This document shows positions 24,670 to 37,452 of a DNA stretch of 64,000 nt, piece after piece. The notes beneath the pieces are model-generated. The model saw only the letters and a program-made list of their open reading frames with translations. It ran no database searches and was not told the origin of the DNA. Location of the stretch: assembly GCA_002269645.1 (NCBI GenBank), contig NIVC01000293.1:248001-312000 (forward strand), in the 5' to 3' direction. The position numbers were made by a program, and so were the translations under genes. This DNA comes from Macrostomum lignano (taxonomy: Eukaryota). Position 1 is the stretch's first letter, and every line of letters starts with the position of its first letter.

Positions 24670-26308
24670 CACATGGCGAAATCCAAAAACGTGGGATAAA
24701 ACGGTAAAACAAATCTGCGGACATTCGATGGAAAGTAATGTATCTAAAAAAGGTTTTTGAAAGATAGATAGGTCTTTAAAAAATAGTTCCGGATAAAAAC
24801 TATTGTTTTCATGCTTTATATTGTTGAATAAATAGGAAAAAAACACAAAAAATCATTTTGAAAGTCTGAGTTGACCGATTTGCAATTTTTTGTTTCACTT
24901 TTTTCATTATTAAACAATTAATTTTAAGACTTGTAGGCCTTAGAGAAGGCTAATTTTTTTACTACTTACAAAACAGAAAGTAATCTGTGTTTTACTTTTT
25001 ATTCAATTCAAAAAGATGAAGTATTTCTAAGGATTTCAAAGTTTTTCTAAAACCATATAAACTCGCGAAAATTCATACTAATATTAAGTGCAAAGTTTGC
25101 CAGCAAACATCTTTCTCTAAAAGTAATATATCGCTAATTCCTTGTTGCAAAATAATCTTTAAGTTGTTTTCTTTCATTTAAATATTAACTTGCATAGTAT
25201 TAGCATTTGTAATATGCCTATATTTAGACTTAAAAATTTTGGGTAAAAATGGTACCACAAAATGTGAACCCGGCATCCAAATCAGATGCTTACTGTATGC
25301 TCATTAAGCGACGAAGAACAATGAAATTACACTAAAACATGTATCATCGCGGCGTGTATGCAGGAAAAAAAGAATTTTCCAAATCGCTTTAGTAGAAGCT
25401 GAGTAAAATGCAATTTTCCAATCCTTATGGGAATTCCAATGTGTTACCCGGCTTCCAAATCAGATGCTTACTGTATGCTTATTAAGCGACGAAGAACAAT
25501 GAAATTACACTAAAACATGTATCATCGCGGCGTGTATGCAGGAAAAAGAAAATTTTCCAAATCGCTTTAGTAGAAGCTGAGTAAAATGCAATTTTCCAAT
25601 CCTTATGGGAATTCCAATGTGTTACCTGGCTTCCAAATCAGATGTATTCAAAAAGAAAATTTTCCAAATCGCTTTAGTAGAAGCTGAGTAAAATGCAATT
25701 TTCCAATCCTTATGGGAATTCCAATGTGTTACCTGGCTTCCAAATCAGATGCTTACTGTATGCTCATTAAGCGACGAAGAACAATGAAATTACACTAAAA
25801 CATGTATCATCGCGGCGTGTATGCAGGAAAAAAAGAATTTTCCAAATCGCTTTAGTAGAAGCTGAGTAAAATGCAATTTTCCGATCCTTACGGGAATTTG
25901 TATGTTTAAATAATAAACTTACGTTGAATACAATTTATTGCAAACGAACTCTACAAAATACACGTTGTCAAGAGTAACGAAAGTGATAAACAAATAAACC
26001 CTTGAAAATAATGTTAAATATGTTGTAGAATTATAGAGTGTAACATTATAAGATAGTTAAAGTTATTAAAATACATTATTATAGCTTTTCTATCATTTTC
26101 ATTACTCATTTTAGGTCGTAATTAAACTTACCGTTTTAACAAATCATTTTATTAAAAATAAAGCTATACAAAAATAATTTGTGCTTTAATAGACTTTTTT
26201 ACCTTTTAAAAACTTGAATAAATTTATTTTATAGCTTTAATGCTTTCAAATTGCCAAAAACGAATTTTCATAAAACTTGCCGTCGATTTTTGGATTTCAC
26301 CAGATGTA
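24670..26308. mobile_element. Possible degenerate TIR element carrying the 178-bp tandem repeat
   Basis: catggcgaaatccaaaaa (left) versus tttttggatttcaccagatg (right). No clear TSD. Confidence 0.35.
25260..25900 (+). repeat. 178-bp tandem repeat, ~3.6 copies, one internally deleted
   Basis: ccaaatcagatg recurs near 25281, 25459, 25637 and 25744, with near-identical units. Confidence 0.92.
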
Positions 26309-26531
26309 TACTGTATGAGCTGATTAAATATTCAAGTATACATAGGCCTATTTGAGTACACATAATAAGAAAGTATTTTTTGTGCAATTTTACCAAACCC
26401 TTTTCAAGTTGAAAATGATGGCTAATATTGGGTGTTAATTAACTAATAGACTAAAGGCCTGATTAACGCAATTTTAAGTAAATAAACTTTGCTTGATGTT
26501 GCTTTACGTTACTTTACTTTATGGATGGTAA

Positions 26532-27561
26532 TGTGGTAGGGCGCACTACCAAGTTTGGAACAGGTGACCTCACCGTAATGACTCTCGCGTTCTGTGTCAC
26601 CCGATGCGCCGTCCCATGTCCCATCCCTCGCCCCATCTTTTGCCGTCGCGCGTAATTTTTTGTTATTCTCTTTCCCGGCTTTGTTGTCGTCCGATGCCCC
26701 ATCCTTCGTCCCATCTCCTGCCCCATCCTTCGCCTTCCTGCCCCATCTGCTGCCCCATCCCCGTCCGGACGACATCGCCCCACTATTTATTAAGGCCATT
26801 TCGGGTCCGCAAGTTTTCATTCTTCCCCCTTTCCCTGCCTCCTACTTGTTCGTTTGTCCGTTTTCCGTTTCCGTTCCGCTTCGTGTACCCTCGTGTACTC
26901 GTCTGTTTAGTGTTGAGTTTCTTTTGTGCTCAAAGTTAAATTAGTACTTATTTAGTCTCGATCTACTAGTTTGTTTAGTTAGTCGTTCGCACCCGGCACC
27001 GGCCGAGGATCAATCGTCTGAATTCAACTTTATTTTGCCAATTTACGCCTGCTAATACAGCATCAATAAATAATATTAATTAACTAATAATTAAGTCTGT
27101 CCCGTTAACGAAGCGCATAATAGTTTATCTTGAGTTATTTGCCCGTGGGGCGTTAAACAACCGAATCGATCTCAACTCTAAGCGAGCTCTGAGATCCCAA
27201 CGTTCCGTAATACGAATTAAATTACGGTGGTGGCAGCGCTAATCTACGGACAGTAATCAGTACGACAATTCAAAAGCAGATTTACGGTGTCTAGACCAAT
27301 TGAGTCTACGGATCTGAACGACCGGGCCGCTATACGACCGCTCCGCACGATTACAACTACCCTCCCCCGGACTTGAGGACCCGGCAGTCGGAGTATTTGG
27401 AGAAAGCTTCGTTGAGTTTCGTCTGCGCGACATTTCCGGATTTAACTCGTGCGAACTCAACATCGGCGGAAATTCAAACGCGGAATCCGCCCAACTCATT
27501 GGTGACAGCGAATCAAGTTCAAACCGAGTAAGCAACCAAATTACTTTCTCCCCCCACCTCA
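26532..27561 (+). mobile_element. Solo LTR 'A2' (same subfamily as A)
   Basis: TGTGGTAGG...CCCCACCTCA with TSD GTAA (26528-26531 / 27562-27565). The internal PBS variant is TGGTGACAGCG at 27500. Confidence 0.9.
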
Positions 27562-27784
27562 GTAAATTTATGTTAATTTACGGGTTTGTTAACTGAGTTT
27601 GTTAACAAAGTCGCTGTGATTAATTAACGTAAATTTGCTTTTTTGAAAGTTAAACTGCGGTGAATTAACTAAATAAAAAGTATATTTCATTTATTTACTT
27701 TCAAGATTAACCCTCATTTTCAATGGGTTGCTAGAAAGAGAAGAAAAAAGTCTGTGGATGGGCCAATTTCTTATATTAAGAATT

Positions 27785-28778
27785 TGTGGCAGTTGGGTTG
27801 CCACCGTTTAATAATTATATTTTTAAATGCGTGCCATTAATTTTTCGTGAATACTAACCCGTGCGGCCAATCGTTGTAATATGACCTCACCCCTCCTTTT
27901 GTTGGCCCCATGTGTGGACCCACTGTTGCTATTCGTTTTCCCATTGATGGTTAACAGTCTTTTCACTGATTGAAATTTAAGCGATTTTGTATATATTTCG
28001 GTTATAATTTTTCATTAACCATTGCATGGCCCCCTTGTTGGTTAATTTTGCCCCCATGCATTGGTTGTTACCTTACTATTTGCTTATATAACTACTCATG
28101 CTCAGTTGTCTCTCTCTAGTTTTTGGGGAAATCTCTCGCTCTCTCTACTGCTACAGCTACCCTCGCGCTATCTCGTTTGATCTTATTAGTTTATTAGCGC
28201 ACCGGCGCCAGTGAAGTTATCCGTCAATAAATTTTACTTTAATCCATAAATAACCTGCGAAAACTAATAATAATAATTGCTTTAATAAATAACGACAATT
28301 TAACATTTAATATTTATTCCGTTGACTTAAGCCATAGCCTATATTGAATCCTTTGCCCGTGGGGCGTAAAACAACCGAAGTCTCATCTCAAGGAAAGCTC
28401 TGAGACCATTAAACGTTCCGTAATACGTAAATTACGGTGGTGGCAGCAACTACCCTACTGACAGTAACAAGCTCAGCAAACCGACAAAAGATTACTACGG
28501 TGTCAAATCTACCCCGGTGTTTCTACAACTGAACGACCGTGCCGCTCTAGGACCGCTCCGCTACGATTACAACTACCCTCCCCCAGGAACTTGAGGACCC
28601 CGGCTGTCGGAGTAAAAGGAGAAGATTTTCGTTGTGATTCGTCTGCGCGATTTTACGGCTTCATTCGTGTTTCATCAACGCCGGTGGCAATTCAAACGAG
28701 GAATCCGCGCAACCTCTGGTGTCAGCAAATTTTCAAAACCCAAGAATTCCAAGAAGAGTCTTCTCCACCCCCACCTCA
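27785..28778 (+). mobile_element. Solo LTR 'D'
   Basis: TGTGGCAG...CCCCACCTCA with TSD AATT (27781-27784 / 28779-28782). An internal TGGTGTCAGC is at 28717. Confidence 0.9.
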
Positions 28779-29829
28779 AATTCATTTTGTTGAACCTTTC
28801 TCAAATACTAACGACAATCCTACTATATAAGCTGCATCTGCATTCATGCTCTCTTTACAAAATTTGCTGCGAGATTGGGCCATGTTTCCAAAGGCATTTT
28901 GATTTGTTTCATATTCTTCACACCATAATGTTTGGAACAATTTTTGCCTATGCGTTTGCATAGCTATAAGCCAAGGGACACTATTATACTCGTATGTATT
29001 CATAGCATATACCTATAATTCTATATATATAGTGGCTTAGCTTGTACATATGTTTTACTTATACCTGGCATTCCACTTCTTTTAAAAATTGACTTTGATC
29101 ATCTATCTTCTAAATAGGTGAACACCATGGATTTTCTGCCCTAATTCCAGCATCTGATAGCGCCGTTTTGCTTAAAATGGGCAAGCAGTATCTTTCCTAG
29201 GATTTCTTGACCTCGGTTGGACCTAGCTCTACTATTGAGCATTTGTGATCTTATGCAACAGAATGGCTGTTCTGGATTCGCAGTTGCGAGCTGCCTATGG
29301 CCAATGGGACTGTCAACTCCTAGCTCAAAGGCTAGAAAGAATTCGCGCTAAAATGCAAAAGACTATTGGCCACCTTCCAGCTGCAGACAGACGCAACCTA
29401 AAAGACTTCCTTGATCTGAAAAGGGGAGATTTTTTCTACATTGCCGTAATCAAAGCAAAACTGACTGCCTGTTGCGAAGGAGAATCATTGACGCCAGTAC
29501 TTGTTTGGACCATCTGAATGAGGAAGCTGACATGCTGCGACAAGAAGTGAGAAACTTGTACAAGCACCTAACTGAAGCACAGTCACAAATGCTAGCATTG
29601 CAAGTTTTTGATGCACAGTTCAGCACTCTACTCTGCAAGTTAAAAGCGGTGCAGCATACGTACATTCAATGCATTGTTGGACGAAACCACTATTAGCGAT
29701 GAATCTGAGCCTGAGGATCAGACTTTGTCAATGCGCAGCTTAGAAAGCTTGCCAAACAGCTCATCTGAGTAGAACTAAATTTACCAAATATTTGGAAGCG
29801 CGAATTTACTCAGGTTTACTGTATATTTA

Positions 29830-30100
29830 GTGGGGGCTAATAGGACTAGGTTAATGAATAGGGGGTAGGGGCTGGTAGGACTGGGTTAATGAATAGGGGG
29901 TGGGGGCTAGTAGGACCAGTTCTACTGAATATTAGAATGAGGGGCTAGTAGGACCAGGTCCATTGAATATTAGATGGGACGCTGTAAGACCAGGTCTACT
30001 GAATATTAGGGGGTAGGAGGCTGCAGGCTGGTAGGATCAGGTATACCAAATATTAAGGGGTCGGGGATAGTAAGACCAGGTCTACTGAATTTCAATATGG
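29830..30100 (+). repeat. ~35-38 bp minisatellite (ggggctagtaggaccaggtctactgaatatta)
   Basis: About 7 degenerate copies, with another partial copy near 30990-31045. Confidence 0.75.
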
Positions 30101-30109
30101 ACAATGGCC

Positions 30110-30953
30110 AGCTTACCTCCGCAGCAAGTGAAGACAATGTTACTGCCATTTGGACCATGATTGAGGATAATGCTAGGGTATCTATGACCCAGATAGAGGC
30201 AGAAGTGGGTAGCTTATTAGGAACCATCCACACAATCCTATACTTAAGGCTCAACTGAGCAAGGTTTTTGTATGTTAGGTGCCTCATGACCTGATAAAAG
30301 AACAAAGAAGGCTTGGTGCCATGCCATGCTTGACAAATCAAACTTAGTCTAGGATATTGTCAGTGGTGACAAACCCTAGATCTATACAAAAGTACATAGT
30401 TTTGACCCAGAGACCAAGCAGCAGTTGGCAGCAGTGCAGCATAGCAAAGCAAAAAGTGGTTATTTTTATGAAAAAAGCTAGTTAGCTAGTGACTGTGCCC
30501 CAACTGCTGCCTGCTAGAAGTGCTGAGTTGTCTCTTTAGTTGCCACTCAAGGAATCAGGCTTGGGGTATGCTTCTTTATCACAACAATGTCCCCACCCAA
30601 AAATCCAGGCAAGTGGTCAAATTTCTGGCTAGAACTCATTGAAGAGCTTGGCCATCCACTCTACAGCCCAGACCTAATCCCATGCAACTTCTTTATGTTT
30701 CTGCAAATCAAGCAGAAAATATGTGGCAGTTGCAATTCAATTCATTGCTGGAAGCTGCAGTTGAGACCTTCATCAAGCATGTCAAGGGATGCCAAGTTCA
30801 AAGTGGTCCAATTGATTTAATAAATGGTTTGAAGGCATGCAGCAGTGCAAAGACTTTTTTAGAGAGACCCTAAAAGAATACGTTTGTCAGCTGCTCAGCT
30901 GCAGCTGCTGAATTCAGTCCTTTCACATCTAGAAACTTATCGCATACCCCTTG
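30110..30953 (+). pseudogene. Decayed mariner transposase with right TIR
   Basis: Remnants SEDNVTAIWTMIEDNARVS, DIVSGD, FDPETKQQ and HPLYSPDLIPCNFFMF. The terminal AACTTATCGCATACCCCTTG is followed by TA. Confidence 0.8.
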
Positions 30954-31789
30954 TATTGGAGTTAGATAAGATCAGATTTATTAAATATCAGGGTGCTAAT
31001 AGGACTATGTCTACTGAATTTTTGATGGGGGAGGGGGCTGGTAAGTAGAGGTGGGATGGGATCCCGATTCCAATCCAAAAATCTCGGGATTCCAAGGAAA
31101 ATTGGATTCCCATGGGACCAGAATCCCAGCCCTAAAAAACCCAAGAATGGGCAACAGGTCTTTTGATTAAAAATTTATAGAATTAATGATTATTTTAATG
31201 TATTTTGTTTTAACTTGAACTCATTACATGATTATTATTTTGTTAGTAAAACTATGACTAATATAAGAGTCTAAGAGATATAAATTGTCTAGGTCTATAG
31301 GCCTACAAAGAGTAAAACTAGTGTTTTAAAAAGATTATTGACAAAAAGATATAAAAAGGTTATATATTATTTAGGCATATGCCAAAACAATATTTTTAAG
31401 TATTTTACTAATTAAAAATAGGCCTAGGTAATTATAAAACATTCCATATAAGCAAGCATCTTTCTACACTAGGAATAGTAGCAATTCTAGGCTAGATATT
31501 ATCAGGAAATAGTCTAATAGAAGAGGCTAAGTAAATATACCATGTTTCATTGACAATGAGTCAATAAAGCACGCCATAGGGTCTATCTAAAAAGATCTAT
31601 AGTATTAAGTATAAGGGACATAAAAAACTGTCAAAGGAGTGCAAAAACTGTCCAAGGGGACATGAAAATGATCTAGGGTTGCTAAATGTGAATGTTAAAG
31701 GGTGTCAACTGCCAACTGGCAAGGAGTTGCTATATAAACAGTTAGAGTGATGCTATTACCCACTATTTTTTACGACTGGCCGTAGAAAT

Positions 31790-32808
31790 TGTGGCAGTGG
31801 GGTTGCCACCATTTAATAATATTTTAATAATTTTTCTATTTTTAATTGCGTGCCATCTTTTAGTAAGTTTCCAACTCTTGCGGCCAACGGCAGACGGTGA
31901 CCTCACCCTTTTCCCCCCGGTTGGCCCCGTGTTTGGACCATTGGTTGTTATAGATATTTTCCTTAGTTGGTCAATATAAATTTTCATCGGTTGAGTTTTA
32001 ATAATTTTATGTGTATTTTTGCGGCTTTTGTTTTATAACCTGAGTGTGGACCCGTGTGTGGCCCCGGTGTTGATAAGTCCTGGCCCCACACCTGGGAGTT
32101 TAATAATTTCATTGTATAAATAAGTGTGTTTTCGGTTGAATTTCTTCACTCTCTCTTTTTCTTCCCCCCGTTTTTTGTTTTCCGTTTTCGTTTCCGTTGT
32201 TCTCGCCCGCGCTTGTGTTTTCGTGTTTTTCAGTTCCAGTTTAATTCATCCTTAGTTTATTAGCGCACCGGCGCCCACGAACTCATTTTCGTCTGTAGCT
32301 TAATTTTCTTAACAATAATAACCTGCTTGAATTAGTAACTTTCTTTGCGTTAATAATAAACAGACAATCAATTAATCAGTTAATACTTATCCAGTTAATA
32401 TAAGCCATAGCCTATCTTGAATCCTTTGCCCGTGGGGCGTAAAATAACCAATCAGTCTCAACTCAAAGAAAGCTCTGAGACCATTAAACGTTCCGTAATA
32501 CGTAAATTACGGTGGTGGCAGCAACTACCCTACCAAAAGTAACGAGTTCAACACTTCGACGCATTATTTTACGGAGGCAGAAACTCCGGAGTTCCTACAA
32601 CTGAACGACCGTGCCGCTCTACGACCGCTCCGCTACGATTACAACTACCCTCCCCCCGGACTTGAGAACCCGGCAGTCGGAGTAAAAGGAGAAAAATTTC
32701 GTTGTGATTCGTCTGCGCAATTTTCCGGTTTTAACGCTACCGGTTTCGAAGAAATTACCGGCCGACCTCCAATATCAAATTTTGTTTTATCCTCTCCACC
32801 CCACCTCA
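31790..32808 (+). mobile_element. Solo LTR 'D2'
   Basis: TGTGGCAG...CCCCACCTCA with TSD AAAT (31786-31789 / 32809-32812). It lacks the internal CA+PBS block. Confidence 0.9.
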
Positions 32809-32865
32809 AAATGTCAAAAGTTGGTGGGTGTGTATAAAATTTGGCAACGGACACTGGCATACTGG

Positions 32866-35015
32866 TGTGGCAGTTGGGGCTGCTGTGGCAGGTGGCTGCT
32901 CCTGGTTTTTAAAAATATTTATTTATTAGCAGTTTATTAACTTTTGAAATTGATGTTTCACGTCAAGTGTACGTTTCCCAAGCCGTTATTTCGTTTCCCC
33001 TTGAAGGGATAGTTTTCCGTAATTTTGTCACGCACCCCATCCCGCTATGGGATTTCTTTGATCTCCACCCCGTGTAAATTGTTTTCCCTCCGTTTGCCTC
33101 CTTGCTTATCCCGTTTAATTTTATGCTTTTTCATTACTTCGCCGCCGCTGGACCAGACGCGTTAATGTAAATCTCCTTATTCTGGTCCAGAAGCGATTTT
33201 TTGCTCACTTTTGCTTATATATGTGTGTTTTTATGTTTTGTGTTTTTGCTCGCGCTCTCGCTCTTTCTCTCTCTCTCCCGTTGTGTTTGTTTGTTTTTAG
33301 TTTTGTTTAGTTCACCTTTGTCTTGCCTATCTTTAGTTTGGTTAAGTTTTGTCAATTTTTCACTTGTCTAGTTAAATAGTCGTCGCACCGCGGCACGCCG
33401 AATTCATCGTCGTCAATAAGTAATTTATCAATTTATCCTGCTCAAGCTAATAAATAAAGAATAATATCCCGCCAATTTATTAATATTTTATTCGTTGACA
33501 TTAAGCCATAGCCTATCTTGAGTCTTTTGCCCGTGGGGCGTTAAATAACCAAGTTTTCTCAGCTCAAGAAAGCTCAGAGACTTATTCGTTCCGTAATACG
33601 TAAATTACGGTAGTGGCAGCTCTACCCTACTGAAAGTAACCAGCTCAGCAACTCTACACATTGATTTAACGGTGTCTAAATCCCCGGTGTTTCATCACTT
33701 TGAACGACCGCGCCGTTACACGACCGCTCCGCTACGATTGCGACTACCCTCCCCCCGGACTTGAGAACCCGGCTGTCGGAGTAAAATGAGAAAGATCACG
33801 TTGTGATTCGTCTGCGCGAATTTTCCGGCTTCACTCGTGCGAACTCAACGTCGGCGGCAATTCAAACGTGGAATCCGCCCCACCACATTGGTGTCAGCAA
33901 ATTTCAAACCAAACCCAAGCGAAGAAAAAATTCTTTCTCCACCCCCACCTCACTGCCACTAACAGTTAATGAAACGTTTTCTCTAAATTTTGAAATTTAA
34001 AATTTTTTTCGACGCTCATTAAACCACCCCGTGACCATTCTTCGCTGTCCCCAGTTTTTGGCCCTGTGTGTCCACCCTGTGTTCCCAGTTGTTGGTATAT
34101 TTCGTCATTTTTCCCCGTTCTTGTGATGGTTGTCCCACACCTTTCTCCGGCCTTTTGCGTCCCTCTTTTGGTAACTTTGTTTAATTCCCTATGTTTTCCA
34201 TGTTAAGTTTTCTGTTCTTTGCTTGGTCCCCGTGACCACCTTTTGCCTCCAGTGTTTGACCCCAATAGTCCATTCGTTGCGTTTTTAATCCCTATTTAAT
34301 GGTGCCCCTGGAGCTGCGCATTTTTCATGCCGTTTTTTCCTCCCGATTTCATCCCTTTTCCTTTTCCTTTGCCGGCCCTTAGTCTTTGCCTTGCCTTGCC
34401 CATTCAATTCAACTATTAATATTTAATTCCGCCCAATTTATTACGACGAGTGTTTAGTTCGTTAGTTCGTTTAGCTATCCAGTAGTGCACCGCGGCACCA
34501 GCCGAATCAATCCGCCGGAGTAGGCTCGGTCGACATCTATTATTATTATACTCTTAGCTAATTTCGCACGCTCGCCAATCTATTCTGCTGACTGAGCAAA
34601 TTATTATCTTACCGCTCATAAGCTCTAATAAAACAGTTGATCCGCCATTAATTTCGTTAAATAAACTGAAGCCTAGCATATTTTGAGTCATTTGCCCGTG
34701 GGGCGTAAAATAACCCAGTCTCATCTCGAAGCAAGCTTTGAGACTTCAACGTTCCGTAATACGTAAATTACGGTGGTGGCAGCGCTACTCTACTGTTAGT
34801 AAAAAGTCAAACATACGAGGTACATTAAGTTTCGGTGTCTGAGGACCCGCTCTGAACGCTCGCGCCTAACGAAGACCGCTTGCCTACGACTGAGACTACC
34901 CTCCCCCCGGAATTGAGGACCCCGGCAGACGGAGTATCTACGAGACTTCTAAATTGGGATTCGTCCACGCAATTTCCGGATTTAATCTGTGCGAATGAAC
35001 GACGGCGCCGATTCG
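32866..35015 (+). mobile_element. LTR 'B2' (32866-32883 + 33957-~35015), 3'-truncated
   Basis: Starts TGTGGCAGTTGGGGCTGC. U3 aligns with LTR B and the family core is at 34685. Similarity ends where the MULE remnant begins. Confidence 0.82.
32884..33952 (+). mobile_element. Solo LTR 'E', inserted 18 bp inside B2
   Basis: TGTGGCAGG...CCCCACCTCA with TSD CTGC (32880-32883 / 33953-33956). An internal CCACCACA-t-TGGTGTCAGC is at 33880-33898. Confidence 0.9.
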
Positions 35016-35029
35016 AAGGCCTGAGCCGC

Positions 35030-36131
35030 TTATACTCGACATTAAATCAAGCGAACACCGGACGATCCCACCCACAACCAAGAACTCTATCAGTAGGATC
35101 TTCCCATCGTCCGTCCAGCTTTTCGATTGGAACCATCTCGTGCAGAATTTGAAAAGGTGGTTAAGCGATAAGCACTATTCTGCTGACGACAGCACGAACT
35201 ATGTCGACGACCTTTATCACTTTCTGCGTGCACCATCGGTTGAGAATTTAAACTCCAACCTCGAAAGAATCGAAGAAACATGGGACTTTCAAGCTCACAA
35301 ATATTTGAAGGACAATATGCTGTCCGATATCCGTGATCACGCCGCCGCTTTTGTGTTATCGGATTTTGGTTTTCAAATCCCGACTCAGGCTGCTACACAA
35401 ATGCAGCGGAGTCTTATAATGCGACTCTAAAGAGATCTGCAGACTGGAACTTGTTGCCACTTGAAGATCTGGTTCTGCTTCTCACTCGCTTGCAGTGCCT
35501 AAGTCTATCCGAGATGCGCCGATATCAATCCGGCACTGGAGAATGGAAGACGTGCGTCAATTCGTGGATGCTTGAGTTGATCGTCCCAAAGCCACCGTGG
35601 ACCTCCAATAATCTTTCTGCGGTCAAGACTGCATGCAGTTCAGACACGCACTCAAAAAACCAGGCCTCTACAACTTACAATGTCTGCACTCAGCTTGCGC
35701 GTGACATCCTTGAAAATAACGGAGTCACTCATGTTCCCAGCAAAAAGGTTTTTGTTGTCGAAGGATCCAAGGAAAAGAAGCATTTAGTTGCCCTCTATCC
35801 TACTGAAACATGTGACTGTAAAAGTTCGCCAAAGTGCTGTCACATCCTTGCGGCAAAACTCTCAATTGGCGACACCTCGACAGTCACATCTAAGAAAACG
35901 CCGACAGTGACAAAGCTGCAGCGCAGCAGTAGACAACCATCCGGTCAGAAGCGCCCAAGAAATTGTGATTCTGACTTGGACCCTCAGTCGAAAAGAACTG
36001 AAAAAAATCGTACCGACAAGGCAAGCGCCTGCGACAATTATACCACCGATGACAATGACATAAATCAAGAGAAAGTACCCCGCTTGACAATTTCACATAA
36101 TTTTTACGTAATAAACTCGCAACTCTCGTAA
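35030..36131 (+). pseudogene. MULE (Mutator) transposase C-terminal remnant with SWIM finger, frameshifted
   Basis: IFPSSVQLFDWNHLVQNLKRW, TNAAESYNATLK (after a frameshift) and CDCKSSPKCCH are present. Confidence 0.75.
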
Positions 36132-37452
36132 CTAAAATACGAGCTGAAGAAAATGTGGGTTTTTGACATTTATACGTGTTTTTTACACTGTTTTCTGTTT
36201 ATCAAGTAAAAAAACAACAATTTTACACGGCAGAATGAAGACTTTAGAAAGATTTTAGATCCATCATTTTAGTAAATATTTCACGAGATAATAGCGAGAA
36301 AATTGCGTGCAGTAAAATTAAATTAAAAAATTTCTAATTAAAAAATAAAGTAATATGAAAAAATGTCTGACTTTAATGAAATTGTTTTATTGAATATTAA
36401 AAGATGCTGTAATGACTTTTTGCATTGGAACCAGAAAATATGCAGAAATATTTGTTTTTTTGTACAAATAATAAAATGGGCAATTAGATTCCTTTGGCGG
36501 TGAGTATGAATGCAAACACTTTATGGCCCGGCGCTCCAAGTCTAGATATTATAGTGGCAGCCTACTACATTCAGATTCTTACTAAAATATCTTTGCAAAA
36601 TAGGACAATCTTAACACTTTTGAAAAAATCGCTTTTGAAAATATCTGAGAAGTTTTTGAAAAGTTTTCATTTAGTAATTGAATCGACAATCGATTGAAGA
36701 TTGAAGATTGCTTTTCGATATAAAATGCTTTTTTCTTTGTCATTTTGCCTATTTGGACTATGCTATGAAAGTAAAGTTGATTGATATGATCTCTCCTATG
36801 ACCTGTGTCAATGCTTCATAAATTTGCATTGTATAGGCCTAGCACTTGTGATATTACTTACTTATGCAGCCAACAATATTTTTCCCTTGCAAATTGTTTG
36901 AATATAATTGTAAAGGCCTATTTACCCTATTGTATTATGTTGTGTGTCCGTGCCTAGTATATTTTGGCCTAGTAGATATTATACCATTATTTCTAAGGGC
37001 AAACTCCTTAATTAGACTAGGTATATTTGTTTGATGCATCTATAAATTAATTTCCTTATTTTCAAAGCTTAGCCCTGGCTTGGGTCTATACTGTATGTTT
37101 ATATTATTATTTTTGGCTTTGAAAATACTTAATATAGTAGGCCTAGCCTTAATAGCCTCAATATACCAGCCTCCTACTATATATAGTCTCAATATATTAG
37201 ACCTATTTCTAGACTCTAAGCCTAAGTAGGTTTATAAATCATATAAAATATACGTTTTTAAATTAAATAGGTCTATGCTACAATTTTGTATTATTTTTTA
37301 GCTAATGTCAATAACATACGGAGTTTTTATTTTTATATAGACTATGCATAAAGATGGCTCATTTTATTGTAAGCTATGATATTTATTTTTATATCCATAA
37401 TACTAAAAATCAAACTTATTTTATCTATATATAAAAATATATAATTTTTCAG

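Noticed and set aside
31046-31134. Miniature hAT element (TAGAGGTGGG...CCCAGCCCTA, GGGATCCC repeats)
   Set aside because: There is no matching 8-bp TSD. At most it is a terminal fragment.
27785-32808. D and D2 as the two LTRs of one full-length element (likewise A and A2)
   Set aside because: Each has its own separate TSD, there is no PPT before the second copy, and there is no gag-pol between them.
20545-35015. CRISPR-like or ncRNA tandem array (conserved repeat plus variable spacers)
   Set aside because: The units resolve into individual TG...CA elements with their own 4-bp TSDs, so the array arises from independent and nested insertions.
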